Below the pieces are notes generated by a model. That model saw only the letters and a program-made list of their open reading frames with translations, was not told where the DNA came from and searched no databases. Made by a program: the position numbers and the translations under genes. A DNA stretch of 62,682 nt, filler included, from Sphacelaria rigidula (taxonomy: Eukaryota): the NCBI GenBank assembly GCA_964200075.2. It is 11 parts of 11 records of this genome, joined end to end, with 100 filler letters (N's around TTAATTAATTAA, not from the genome) between each part and the next. Parts side by side here need not be neighbours in the genome. Positions count along the whole stretch, not along the records: positions 34,248 to 39,854 come from CAXNAA020025916.1; positions 39,955 to 45,561 come from CAXNAA020025917.1; positions 45,662 to 51,268 come from CAXNAA020025918.1; 8 more parts are not named here. The stretch is one strand, 5' to 3'. Shown in pieces: positions 35,993-49,000 of the stretch. The first letter of the stretch is position 1. The number at the start of each line of letters is the position of its first letter.

Positions 35993-37141
35993 CTAGATAT
36001 GAAACTCTTGCAAGCGCACGATCATCGCAGCCACACCACGATGCCCGGCGTCGCGCATGTGCGCGCATATCATCAGACGTACCTGCACAAAACGCTTCGG
36101 CCACGCACATGCACACGAAACAGACCTGCATTGTCCAAAATAGCAGTACCAACGTCCGACTCGAAAAATTGCACATCCGCATCTTCGGCCCCCAAGGTCT
36201 TTTCGTTGCGCTTGGCGGACAACAGATTCGGATAACATCGAGTCATCAGGTTCACACGGACCATACACAGCCACAACGCGCACAGGCAAAGCCGGAATAT
36301 TTCCCCAACGCGAAAGCAAGTCACCCCACGCGTTACAGTCACCTAGAGTGTGGCAAATCGAGTAATGATACTGGCCAAGAATGACTTTCCAACCCTCCAG
36401 ACGTTGTGCCAATGCCTTCGACACAGACGTAACGCACGCTTCCGGGTTGAAAACATACACGAGATTTCCGTGATCCATGAAAATGTGCACGCCATCCCAG
36501 AAAAGATACTTCAAACGACGAAAAGTGTTCACGACAGCGAAACCTTCCTTGTCAAATGTGGCCCAACGCACCTGCGAACCCTTGAAATTACCACTGAGGA
36601 AAGCCAGCGGTTCATGCATCATATCCTCGACCGGCAAGCGTCTTTGCATTTCAACTTCAGGCACCTGCGTGACAAAACTACCCCAATGGCACTCAGATAC
36701 ATCCGGAAACATCAACACCTGACAATCAGGGCGAGGATGGAACAGCATCACGGGATGAGCCACCAGATCTTTCGCTGCCGCCCACGCCGGCAGCCTGCCC
36801 TCCGTCCACGATGCAGTCTTCTTCGGAACCGCCATATCCGGACTGGACCACCCCGCCTGCGAGTTCCGCAACACCAACCCGAGCGCCAAAAGAGGCGCCG
36901 TGCACAACTTCAACCAACTCGACTTCCCCGGATCGTACCGCCGCGGCTTCGTCTTTACCATGGACGCTCCAGCTTTTAGCTGAACACGCATGGGCTCCAC
37001 GCGCGCAGGGGGATCACCCCGCAGCGCACGACGAAATGCGTTGCGCGGAGATGCAATATGCCGCGCAGGCGCTCCGCTTTTGAGACGCTGAGGCCTTTCA
37101 TCACGGCGTCCGTCACGCTCTCCTCCAGCGCGACCTTCCAA
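35993..37141 (-). pseudogene. Gypsy pol: RT N-terminus, RNase H and start of the integrase zinc finger; RT core deleted
   Basis: WSSPDMAVPKK jumps directly to W..AWAAAKDLVAH, then MFPDVS, PLAFLSG, DKEGFAVV, IFMDHGNL, NAWGDLLSR and AH...GHRG. No YxDD motif. Confidence 0.85.
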
Positions 37142-37222
37142 CGGACTCCTCTTCCGCCGGAACCATAAGTACCTTCGGGCCGCGCTCTACCAAGCGTTCC
37201 ACCGCCGCATCGCGCTCCTCGG

Positions 37223-37738
37223 TCACCCGCTCCCCAGCCTCTGGAAAACATCCACCGACAAGCTCACGCGACGACTACCCAAAAAAGCGGGCGTCTCCAA
37301 GCGCGGACCAGGCGGAGACATCCGCGTCTTCATGAAGTCACACAACCGCGCGTACGGGTCGACTTCAACACACTGAAGCGTCGGCAACCCCAGAAGAATG
37401 ACGCCATGCGACCCCGACATGATCGTAAACGAGATTGGAGGCAACGGCGCCGGCCCCCAGGAAGTCGTGAAAGTCAGCTGCAGCGGAAGAGTACGTTCTG
37501 TGACGTAAACATGCTGACCCAACCCGGTGACGGTCTGCCGCGCCCCGAGCGAAAACGGAATGCGCAGCGGCACACCCGGGAGAAGACGCTCCAACATCTC
37601 TACAATCTGCACCGACAGACTCACGTGACTCGTGAGTTGGGCGCCAAAATCCCACATAGCCCGAACCGCAATGGCTCCATGCTCCCGTTGATTTGGAAGA
37701 TACAGCTCCGCAGGAACGTATTTGTCCGCAAAGTCCAC
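37223..37738 (-). pseudogene. Gypsy aspartic protease, degenerate
   Basis: VRAMWDFGAQ (DSG-like) and VILLGLPTL motifs between gag and pol. Confidence 0.7.
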
Positions 37739-38006
37739 TAATACTTGATTTCGCCAACAGATGCGCCGCTAATCGCACTTGACGCCACGGCTGCGCAAGC
37801 TGCGCAGGCGGAGACGACCCGGCAGGTTGAAACGACACCGCCGGCGGGTACGACCCTCAGTCAGCAGACCAAGATTTTGGCGAACCTCCGACCAGCACAT
37901 ACGCAGGCGTCGCGTCTGGCGCTGCTGCCGGTGTCGCCACCGGCGCCACCATCGGCACCGGCGCAGTGTTCGACACTGTAGAAATCGGTCCCACCTGCAC
38001 CGCGCG

Positions 38007-38588
38007 TTACGGAGCAGCAGCACCTACGGCGGCGCCGGACCCAGAACGAGACCCATGCTGACGCCGCTGCCTCTGCTGCTGCTGCTGCTGCTGAGGACTC
38101 GACTGCGACCCTCCACCGTCGGAGAATCTGCCGCCGCCACCATCCCGATTACCTCGTCCTTTGCCCTTGTGCTGAAGATGCTGATGGCGCGCGGCATGAG
38201 GCTGTCCAGACTCTCCACCGGAAGACGTTGGGCACTCCCGCGCGTAATGGCCGACCTGGCCACAACAGTGGTAAGTGCCCGCCTCATGTCCAGCATTCGT
38301 TTTGATCGCCGCAACCAATTGCGGTGGGGTGGTTGTGCTCTTTTCATGTTCCACACGCGCAAACACTTTTTGCGCATGCGTCGGTACTTGTCGAGCCATC
38401 AACACCACCTGGTGCCGCACTGCACCCCCTGCGTTAGCGTGCTCCACACGCTTCTTGTACTCCGTGTACTTGGTATAGAAAGCGCGAGGTGCACTCTCGG
38501 AGTACCTATCTTCGTATTGGGGAGGTCGCAACTCTTCCCGCATAACCACGGGCGTCACGCTGGACGTACTACGCGAGCCGGTAGCCAT
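38007..38588 (-). pseudogene. Gypsy gag with CCHC zinc knuckle
   Basis: YHCCGQVGHYARECP, positioned downstream of the 5' LTR. Confidence 0.8.
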
Positions 38589-38894
38589 ACCTGCAGCGGG
38601 CTATCTGCAAATCTTCCGCAGGCCAGCGGACCTTCGCGACGTGCACACTTCCTTGCTTCGTTGCCGCACCACACAGTCGTAGGAGCCTCCAAACTCCCGC
38701 TGCACGCAGCTTCAGCAAGTCTACAGTCTCGATCAATCACAGGTCAGCCGCCTTTCTGCAGCCACCATCAGCTTGAACTCCCTCCATGCGTCCGTGATGC
38801 TTCGGGTTTTCCACAGCTTCCAGACTCCTCCGCATGAATCCTTCCCGCATGTGCTGCTAGGTATTATTTTAAGCACTAACACTAATATCGATGT

Positions 38895-39156
38895 TGTGAC
38901 GTCAGCCAGAAGAAGAAGAACTGATGGATCACTGCTCTTGAGAGACTCCCCAGTCTTACTGACCTCAGTTTCGGTTGTCAGCCTTCACAACATTTCACCA
39001 TCATGGAGTGCCCTTCCAAGGCACCAACCTTCTAGACCTGCAGGGTACCATCCCCGTTCTCCCGGTCATTATCCAGAATCCTCCGGAACCCCCGCACCCC
39101 TAGTCATTATCCATATTATCACTACCAACTCAATGTAAGGGCGTATTTTTGTCACA
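38895..39156 (-). repeat. Putative 5' LTR (~262 bp)
   Basis: Inverted termini TGTGAC...GTCACA. The distal 88 bp match the 3' LTR remnant; the inner boundary is inferred only from the terminal motif. Confidence 0.65.
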
Positions 39157-41540
39157 CAGCCTCACTAAAATTCCGATTGTCGTCGTTTACACTCAAATCA
39201 AGTATTATCGACCATTCAAAAACGTAGCCCAACGCCGGTAAATTCTACTAAACTAAATTGTCAGCAGATGCCCCTAAAATAGGGTTCACGAGCCCGAGAC
39301 GAAAGAGTATCAAGAAGGCTAAATGCGCCGGTTTATGACTTGCGTGCGATGTCTCGTCTTTTCATGTCGAGAAAAGCAAAGCATGTCGTGGGTCACAGTA
39401 GTTCGTTATCGCATGAAACTGTTGACATCTTCGCAGACTGTAACGTAGGTTCCAACCGTTAGGTTCTGACACGAATATTTCCTTGGTCTGAGATTCGAAA
39501 AAATGCTAATGACCACCGTACACCTGCACCAGCCATCTGGCAACAACATGCCGTATGTGTGAGCAACCATTTTTTAAATATAGCCCAACGACGGCTAAGA
39601 CTGTATTCATGAGATTCAGAGTGGATGCTCTAGCGTTTTTAACAGGCATTTTTCGTTTTTGCTTGAGCACACGCGCTGTGCATGCAGCTACCGTACAGCA
39701 CCCCATTCGAGGAATTCGGCGGTCTGGTTGGTGAGATACCGCACAAAGCATTTTTACGCCTGAGGGGCATTTCGGAACTGAAACTGTTTCAGGCACTAAT
39801 AACAAACAGGGTTGCCAGAAAAATGAGAACGTATTTTGAAATGAGAATCAACCGNNNNNNNNNNNNNNNNNNNNNNNNNNNNNNNNNNNNNNNNNNNNTT
39901 AATTAATTAANNNNNNNNNNNNNNNNNNNNNNNNNNNNNNNNNNNNNNNNNNNNACCCAGCGAGTGGCGTGTTCTATAGCATCAGCGCCAACCGCCGCCC
40001 CCCCCATCGGGGGTCCGCCCCTACAAAGCCGGGACGGAGCACGCCAGGTTCTCGCCGGACCAGGCGAGGGGGGGGGGCGATAATGGCGTAGAAGTAATTA
40101 TGGACACAACAAAACCACCAAGGATACTTATTATTCCGCCAACATCAACAGTGTTTTGTACGCGGCGTGTTCCATCACGTCAGGCCTAAAAACAAGATAT
40201 GCCAGAGGTCGTTGGGGTGACGTAGGGTACCCTCGGGAACCCTCGGGTTCCCGGGTATGTGGAGTACTCAATACCCCCAGAATACCCAGGGGGTATCGAC
40301 AGTCAAAATTTTCCCGTCTTCTAGGGTACCCAGGGTATCGTCACCCGAAAATACCGTACTCTGTATCCTACCCTACCCTAGACACCTGCGTAGAGTTGGT
40401 TAGGGTACCCTGTATATTCAGGGTATTTTGTAGTACACGTTACTCCAATGTACCCCAGGGTATCGGTGGCCAAGAACGCTCAGTATTCTAGGGTACCCTG
40501 ATTACCCAGAGTACAAAGGGTCGACGGTAAAAAGTGCCACGGGGTACCTCGGGTACTCGCCCCCGGAATACCCTGCATGATACCCGAATTACTGCATACA
40601 ATTGGTGAGTATTTTCGAGTACCCAGGGTACCGACTATCATAAGTACTCGGTATTCCAGGGTATCTCGAGTACGCATCCCCCAAATACCCGGCGGTGTAC
40701 CCGTAGTACCCATGGTACCGATTACGCCACGGTTCGAAATCGTTTACTTTCCGTGTTCAACATCTGCACGACTTGGTCATACGATTCGTACACCCAACGT
40801 ACCAATTACCCCAAATACTCTGCGAGTACGGTTCAGACGAATAAAATTGTGATTCTTTCCAAATCAACATTTGCACAAATCAATCAGATGACTGATTCGT
40901 TCCCAAATTGCGATTCGTACATGTTTCGGGTTCGTGATTCGTGCGCCACTACTCAGATTGTACATATTCCCAGTTCGTGATTCGTGCGGTGTACCGTAGA
41001 AGATAAACGTCCCCCACCTCCCATTCCTATGGTATGAATCATAAGTAGATGTTTCATTCATGCACCGTGTATCAAACGTGCACGTTCCCCACCTCCAATT
41101 CCTACGGCATGAATCATAGGTAGATGTTTCCCACCCGTCATTCATGCACCGTGTATCAAACGTACATGTTCCCCCACGTTCCATCCGTACGAGATGAATC
41201 AAGTGTACACGTTTCCCATAAGTGACTCGTGCAGGAGCTGTGATTCGTACATATTTTGCACTCTTCATTTGCGTGACAGTACTTGAAGTGTACACATTCC
41301 CAGCTCATGATTCCTGCTGTACGACCTTGAACGTACATACCTTCACCACCGTCCGTGATTTTTACCGAATGACTCTTTGGTACATGATTCGCACTGAACA
41401 TTCACGGGGAATCAACCCGTATGGACTGTGATTCGTCCGAACCGTGAAATACTCGGTATTTTGGGGGACCCAGGGGACCAACTGTCGAAAAACTCGGTAA
41501 TTTAGGGTACGGAGTACCGAAAATACGCGACACGCTATAC

Positions 41541-41915
41541 GATATGTGGCCAACAGTTGCAATAGGAAAAATTGTACTGCGCAAAGTATAGGCCCATTGC
41601 ACCTATTGCCCGATATGTGGTCAACAGTTCCGATAGATAAAACGTACTGCGTAAAATACAGGCCTATTCAAACTCTTTGTTGGATATGTTGTCAATGGTT
41701 GCAAAAAAAAAAAAACAGCGTGGAGTATAACCCTGTGGCAACTACTGTCAGATATGTGGTCAATAGCTGCAATAGCAAATTGTATGCGTAAATTATGGGC
41801 CTATTTCAACCATTGTCGGATAGGTGGTCAATAGTTGCAATAGCGAATTATTATGCGTAAAGTATGGGCCTACTCCGACCAATGTCCGATATGTGGTCAA
41901 TAGTTGCAATAGAAA
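41541..41915. repeat. 68-71-bp minisatellite, ~5.5 units
   Basis: GATATGTGGTCAA(T/C)AGTTGCAATAG cores at 41541, 41612, 41683, 41751, 41819 and 41888. Confidence 0.9.
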
Positions 41916-42239
41916 GATATTAGGGCAATATACAAAGAAGGGTACACCCTGGTACTTTTGGAACAAAAAAGGGTAATGCATTTTTCGCTTTGGGGCGCAG
42001 CGCTGCACGCGGGCTACACACCTCGAAAACACGTTCCAGCGCCTCAGCCCCACGCCCTAGGTGTCTGGGCAGCATCCCCATCCATTTTATTTCATTTTCA
42101 CAAGTGTTACTAGACTGAACTACGACGCCGTACATGAGAGCCTATGAGAGTACCCTTTTTTGTAAGCAATACAGGAGGGTACACCCTGCCCTCTGCTACA
42201 AAGTGATATTTTACCCTCAGGTCTTCTACTCATTGATTT

Positions 42240-42890
42240 TTTATTGATTGATTGTCGCACTTCAACTGACCTCCCCGGGGTCCAGCCGTGGTCTCGTGAT
42301 AGACGTACCCAAGAAAAAAGAAACTCAAACACGCTCTAAGGAAAAAGAAAAAAAATGAACAGGAACAGAAACAGAAACAGAAAAAAAGAGAGTGGTCGAA
42401 CAGAACGAAATATCAGACTAAGTCGTGGCAAAAAAAGTAAAAAAACTGCTGTTGACCCTTTTTTTGTGACGTCGTGACCGTACCGGCGTCTCAGCACAAG
42501 ATACCCCGAGCAGTCACAACCACAGCCATTTTCGATAAAATTACACCACACCAGAAAAAGTCGAAACCCAACGACCAGAAGAGTGTAGCACCCCTGCTGG
42601 TTGGCCCGAAGACCCGGAAGATCCAACGACGATGCATAGAGATCGCTTGTATTCCGGAGCTCACAAAGATCCAATGAACATGGTTGAACATCTTGCCGAC
42701 ACACGAGCTCGAACGACATCATGCGGCGAAAACATCAGCCGGATCTTCAATTTGCGGCTCTGAAACAGAGATGGACACCGACAGGGTTCCGGATTGGAGG
42801 AAGAACGCCTGAATTCAACGGCGTACACTGTACAATCGGGCTTCGTCCTCTGATCGTTGCCGTTGAACCCATGTCCCTTCCAGTCCAGCG
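42240..42890 (-). mobile_element. Non-autonomous RTE derivative (5' segment joined to 3' UTR and (CAAT)n tail)
   Basis: 42505-42885 is the reverse complement of 43505-43862. 42240-42335 is the RTE 3' terminus. Confidence 0.7.
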
Positions 42891-43504
42891 CTCGCGACCG
42901 ACGCACCACAACTCAAGCAACACATACAGAAAACTGAGTGATTATCCACAGCAGGAAAGGTCAACACGCTACACCGCCGCGGAACAATGACAATGCCCCC
43001 CACAGATAATGCCATGCTGCAAGGCGGTGCCGATCTTTTACCAAACAGCAAATTGTTCACCTTGGCCCACCCTCGCAGAAAAGGAGATTCACGGGCTCGG
43101 AGTGATGATACATTATGGAAGGGTCATAGACGTGGAACAGAATGAGGTCGGGTGAGGAAAATAAATGATCGCACGCTGTGCCGCGTCGTGTACAGAGTCG
43201 GACGTCGACTATACCTTCGTTCATGTGTTTTGTATTTACGAACCCGGCTCACGCTGTGCGCATTCTAGATGCAGTTATGCAGGACCAGGTCTACTAAATG
43301 TGCCGCAGGCACAAGTTTGACTCTTACAACACAGACGCCCCTCACATGGGGTCAGATGAGATGAACGATGTCATATCTGGGTTTCAGAACAGCCGTTTCA
43401 TCTCAGCACAAAACGCCATTTTTTTCAAGGGCCTGTGGATATATTGGGCGGTGCGCCGGTCTCACATGCAGCCTTGAGTACTCAGAGTGGTGGTCTCAGG
43501 TCTC

Positions 43505-44752
43505 GTGGGTGCAACGGCAACAATCAGAGGAAGAAGCCCAATTGTACAGTGTACGCCGTTGGATTCAGGCGTTCTTCCTCCAATCCGGAATCCGGTCGGT
43601 GTCCATCTCTGTGTCCGAGCCGCAAATTGAAGATCCGGTTAATGTTTCCGCCGCATGATGCCGTTCGGGCTGGTGTGTCGGCAAGATGGTCAACCATGTT
43701 CATTGGATCTTTGTGAGCTCCGGCATACAAGTGATCTGTACGTATCGTTGGATCTTCCGGGTCTTCGGGCCAACCAGCAGGGGGGGCTACACTCTTCTGG
43801 TCGTTGGGTTTCGGCCTTTTCTGGTGGGGTGTCATTTTACCGAAAATGGCTATTTGTGACTGAAAAGATCGAAATGGCTACAAGACTCTTTCGTACAGAG
43901 CGGTGCTCGACATGACCAAGTGCGGACGTATCGAGCCGACTATCCGCAAACGTCAACTATGTTTCGCGGGAGCCGTTGTCCGGCAGAAGGACACACACCT
44001 CCCCAAGCGTGTCATGAACGGTCGGCTTTCCACACGAGGACCCAAGAAGGTCGGCCGCCTCCCTCCAAGCAGTGGGAGGATGCCCTAAAGGAGAACCTAC
44101 TTGCGCTAGGGGCTGTCCCGTACAAAGGAGCCCGACGAAAGTGGTTCGTCTACGGTGTATAGGTCACCGATGCATACGATTGGGTCACTGCGGCGAAGAA
44201 CATGGGCAGATGGCATATTGGAGTCGAAAAGGGAGCGGAAGAGTTTGAGGACACGTGGCGACGCGCGGACAAGCGAGAATCAGACCGCCGTCACAAGCGA
44301 GAGGCTGCTGCGTCGAGGGCTGCCAATCGAAGAATCCTGTCCGTCCGTATCGATTGTTGATTATGCACGTAGTAGGCGGCTCTGCGGTGCCCACTGGTGT
44401 GTATCCGTATCAACTCTGCTGCCCTGAATCCCTTGGCCTTTTCCCTATTTGTTCATCGTATTATTTTATTTCGCTTTATTTTCTCTTTACTTCTCTCCTC
44501 TTTCCGTTTTTTTTTTTTTGTTTTAGGTCGGCCATTTCTTTCCGTGCTTTGCTTTTGTGGATTTTTTTCACTATTTTTTTCGGTCACGTCTTAGTCTACT
44601 CTCTTTCTGTTCGACTTTTTTTTTTCTTCTGTTTTTTATTTTCTTCAGCGAGTGCTTCGGTTTTGTTTCGCTTGGGTACGCCTATTATGAGACCACGGCT
44701 GGACCCCTGGGGGGTCGGTTAAAGTGCGACAATCAATCGAATCAAAATCGAT
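43505..44752 (+). mobile_element. Internally deleted RTE-clade LINE
   Basis: The 5' segment is followed by LSYRAVLDMTKCGRIEPTIRKRQLCFAGAVVRQKDTHLPKRVMNG..GR../WEDALKENL (RTE C-terminal signature), a T-rich 3' UTR and a CAATCAATC tail. Confidence 0.8.
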
Positions 44753-45199
44753 CACTCAGAGCACATCCTTGGTACTTCATCTCTCGTGTTACTTAACGCG
44801 CTGCCCATTGTCAGATGGATTCCGCATCGAAAAATCTCGATTGTACACGAGATGGTTCTGTAGCCAGCATCAACTTCGCAAAAGATTTGATTCGCGAAGT
44901 GTACCCACGCATATAAGCGTCTACAGTAGAGGAGCGACTGGACATGCAAACAGCAGAGTAGAGTAAAACAATAGCCGGAATACACCTCCCCTCTTCCTCA
45001 CGACTCCCGTAGTATCATCGCAATAGTATTCAGGTACGGCACAACCTGTTCTCCATCGCTAGGGCTCACCTTCTGACGCACGCGGCTGAACAGTCCACTG
45101 CTATCGTTCTGCTTCTGTGCGCCGGCCACACCACTACCGTCATTCTCCACACCACCCTGTTATACCGCCAGGGACAACAAAAACAACAACGGCGCGCGC

Positions 45200-45561
45200 G
45201 GGGGGGGGTGTACTCATGATCTTGCATGCCGTAGTTATAAGACCATCGGCCTCGCATCCCTACAAAGCCGGGACGGAGTACGCCGGGTTTTTGCCGGACC
45301 AGGTCCGCATCCAATAACCAAGCGCAAAGCGCCAAGGGTGAGCTGCATCCTGCTAAGACTATTCGCCCCGAAGCGTACTGATTATCTTGCATGTGGATGA
45401 CAGCCTCCAACGAGTTGCTTTATTTCCTGGCATCGCCACTTCAGCCACGGTTTATACACTGCCCCATGGGTGTCTCACCATTTGAACACCGGGGGAGGGG
45501 GGGGCGTACTCATTTGTTGCTTGCCTTAGTCATTTGACCATTGACCACGCATCCCTTTCGA
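45200..45561 (-). mobile_element. Family-B fragment (45200-45480) abutting a family-A stub (45491-45561)
   Basis: GGGGGGGGGTGTACTCATGATCTTGCATGCC... then GGGGGAGGGGGGGCGTACTCATTTGTTGC... Confidence 0.85.
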
Positions 45562-46004
45562 NNNNNNNNNNNNNNNNNNNNNNNNNNNNNNNNNNNNNNN
45601 NNNNNTTAATTAATTAANNNNNNNNNNNNNNNNNNNNNNNNNNNNNNNNNNNNNNNNNNNNACAATAATAGGTGCAACGTGTGACTTCAAATCTTGTAGA
45701 CACCGACAAAAGTGTGACGACGCGTCAATGCTAAACTTACACAGCACCCACGAAGAGAACGGGGAGCTGTGCGGGCGGAGACAGCGCCGTACATGTGATC
45801 GAGGGCGAGGCTCGTGGCATATTCCATGCCGGTTGTCAGCTTCATGTGCTGCGGCTGATTTTTCATTCTTTTCATGTACGTACAATAACGACTCGATGAG
45901 AGCATTTTTCTGTTCAGTTGCGGTACAATTTCCGCCCCGCCTTGATTTGTCTCCGTGATAAGGCATCGTCGACAATGCTTGAACGACACATACATGTTAC
46001 TCAC

Positions 46005-49000
46005 TCTCGCAGACTGCCAACACGTGGCGGCAAGGCAGCCCCCATCTGAGCACATATCCGCAGCCGCACTCCATCTGGACTGGCTGGCCCGTGGAGCCCC
46101 ACTCCAGTGTCACCTGATTTTCCATCCTGGGGTTCGTCTTCATGGCTACCGTGTACTTTCCTTCAGAAGACGTCTTCACCAACAGCCTGTATGCCGCAAT
46201 ATGGAAAGGCAACGGTGTCGTCGAATGGCGAAGATGTCATTCGTGAAAGATGGTGACAGAGGTTTGGACAAGCGAGCGGCAACCACGTAGGATATACCTC
46301 ATAATCATCGACAATAGACCACGAGATCATCATGGACGACTGCGGCACGGTCGTGGCCATCACATCTGAGCGCCGACAGCGACTACATATGTGCTACGCT
46401 GAAGTGGTTTACAGTGAAATATGCAGTGGAGTCATTTGACTTACCTTTTAGACCATGAAAGTTCGCGATCTCGGACTTCTTCCAGCCAAGGTGTGAACAC
46501 CTGACGGGTTCCCTTCTTGAGTTGTGCGGCCTCGTGCAACTTTTCCGCCACCATCTCCATCACGCCCTTGGTGAAGTCGAACACTGGCCGCTCCCGCAAC
46601 TGGACATCGCGCACAGAGGAAGAAGTGCGAACGACAGTTTTAGTTTGAAATTCATCCTAGACGCCGGTCCTCCCGATGAAAAAGATTTGAGACCGTTGCA
46701 GCTGTCTAGAAAAGATAACAGGCGCACGAAGTCGTGGCTGTTCGCTGATTACTGTGAAATACACGGTTTGCTCGTGACCTGCGCGGCCAAGGGCGTACCA
46801 CCGAAATATCAATTGTGGCAAACCGCTGGCGCTCATGTAGCCATTTCTCACGGCAACGGGGCCCCCATTTATCGGAGACCAAAATACTTGTCGACAGCTG
46901 CAAAACAACAAGACGCGATGGACGGACGGCGGGCGGTCACCACATTGACCCCACGCAGTATTTTTACTCGGATTCTTACCACGGCTCCAATCATGTTGTT
47001 GCAGCTCTCCACCATGTTTGTCGTTATCTGGTCCCACACTCGATTGTCACGGCGTGTGTGGTACGCCCATAACGTGGGGTCAATTCTCATCCACTTCTCG
47101 TATGCCTGGGGTTTGTCGGCCTTCACCTTGTCCAGGAGATACGTGCTAGACGCCTCGGTCGGGGCTCTCGCTGCGTTGAATATGTGCCCGAAGTTAGTCT
47201 GGCAAGAACAGCATCACATGCATGCGGGCGGGTATCGCGAGATGAGCAATGCATCGTGACGGGCGACAAAAGAGCATCATGTCGGCCACTATTGGAGTTG
47301 GGTTTAGGGATGCGAGGTTAATGGATGACTATGGCATAATTAATTGATTGGTTAATTCTCTCAAGGCATGCATGATCATGAGTCCCCCCCCCCCCCCCCC
47401 CCCCTCCCCCCCCCTCCCGACACACACACTCGCACATACCCGGCTTTACACGCCCGCCTCCTGCCCCAGCACCTATCCGTACATTAGCCCCACGGCATGC
47501 GAACTGATGCCACTCAATCGAACTGTATGATATCCTTGACGCACCGATCCCAGCGCCGGTGTTATGTTGTTCGCCAGATGCCGCACGCACCGCCCTTGCT
47601 CAGCCAGCGGTACCGCTGGTGGCACGCCTGCCTCGGACCCCTTGTGCCCGTCCACGAAGTACGTAGTGGATCGCTTATTCAACCACGCAGACATTTCAGG
47701 ATTTCGCTTCGCGTTGTGAATCATGTATCGATACATTTCTTGGTTTTCTTTGTGTGCCACCACCAGGCATACGATGACCACCTTGTTGTCTGCGTCTTCC
47801 ACGGTGAGCAGAGAGTAAATTCCGTTCCATATGCCCTTCAGGTAAGCGCAGTCCTTGCAGAAAGCCTGTAAATTTTCGCCCGGAGGAAGAGGAGGAGGGA
47901 ACGGTGCGCTCACATACACGTGGAAATGGCCCCCGATTGTGTTCGCAACCCCCCCTCGTATTCGATCACTTTTACGGTCAGTTGGTCATGGCACGTGGTA
48001 CCCGCGTCAGTGCACCACTGCAGGCACGGAACGTTACCGCGCGAATACCACGTATTGAGCACAAATTTGGGCAGAGTGTTGAGTTAATTCCCGAGTGATC
48101 ACCAATGCGCACTTGTTGCTCAAAGTGCTTTCCCGATATTTCGACCGAGAATTAGAGTTCGCATTTAACGCAACCTAAAATTTGGTAGAGTATTTGAGGT
48201 CGTAACCAACGTACACAAGAGTTAGGTGGTCTGTTTTAGCTCGCATACATTCTGCCTCAAAATCGGGTGAATGTTTTTAGGTCGTGCCTTATCTACCCTG
48301 TTTTAGTACAGTGTTGATATCATACCCACGTGATCCTCTATGAAGAGATTTTGCTGAGAGTGCTCAGTCAGTATTCAGGTACAGTATGTGAGGTGGTACC
48401 CAGTCCACGTGAAACTAGGGTCTAGCATTTGAGGCCATACAACATGTACCCGAACCATATGTAGAAGTCTTGGGTACAGCAGATACCCGTGTCTTCATCC
48501 AAGTGTTGGAATTTACTTACCGTACCCGACCTGCACTAGGTATGCCTTGTATACGGTACAGAAAAACGCACCCCCCGGCGGCGGGCGTTCCTGCGTATTG
48601 CGGGTCAAGGTCTGAAAGTCACGCCTTCGGTCTCTCGGGCACTGGCGCATTATCTACGACACCGAAAAATACAGCTGAATCACCCCTTGAGAACTTTTCA
48701 CGGCCACGTTCACCGACTGCCCAAGCATGACGAAGAGGCGTTTGAAGCACCCTTCGGTGTCCCACTGCGCGAGCCGGGTAGGTAGAGCAGACGACGACGG
48801 GGGCGACATTTCAGGGTCTGGCGCACAACGACTACATTTTGGTTGGAGCGCATGACACGGGCGACTCCACTTGGTGTCACCGTGCTCGGATTATATTCTA
48901 ACGCAGAGAGTTCGCGCAGACATATCGAGGACGGAGATATTTCATCATGGGCGTATGGGGACGCCGCCGGAAATGGGGCGGTGAGGGGAAACGCACGCGC

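Larger units (their letters stand above)
34290..39156 (-). mobile_element. Decayed Ty3/Gypsy LTR retrotransposon with chromodomain
   Basis: Domain order gag-PR-(RT)-RNaseH-IN-chromodomain. LTR homology between 34290-34378 and 39069-39156, both starting TGTGAC on the minus strand. G-rich PPT before the 3' LTR. Multiple stops and frameshifts. Confidence 0.92.

Noticed and set aside
37779..38837. 352-aa plus-strand ORF
   Set aside because: It is a GC-rich antisense shadow of Gypsy gag.
41541..41915. CRISPR array
   Set aside because: Whole units are homologous and the cores are degenerate; it is a minisatellite.
46522..47259. 245-aa plus-strand ORF
   Set aside because: It is antisense to MULE exons and an intron and has no recognisable motif.
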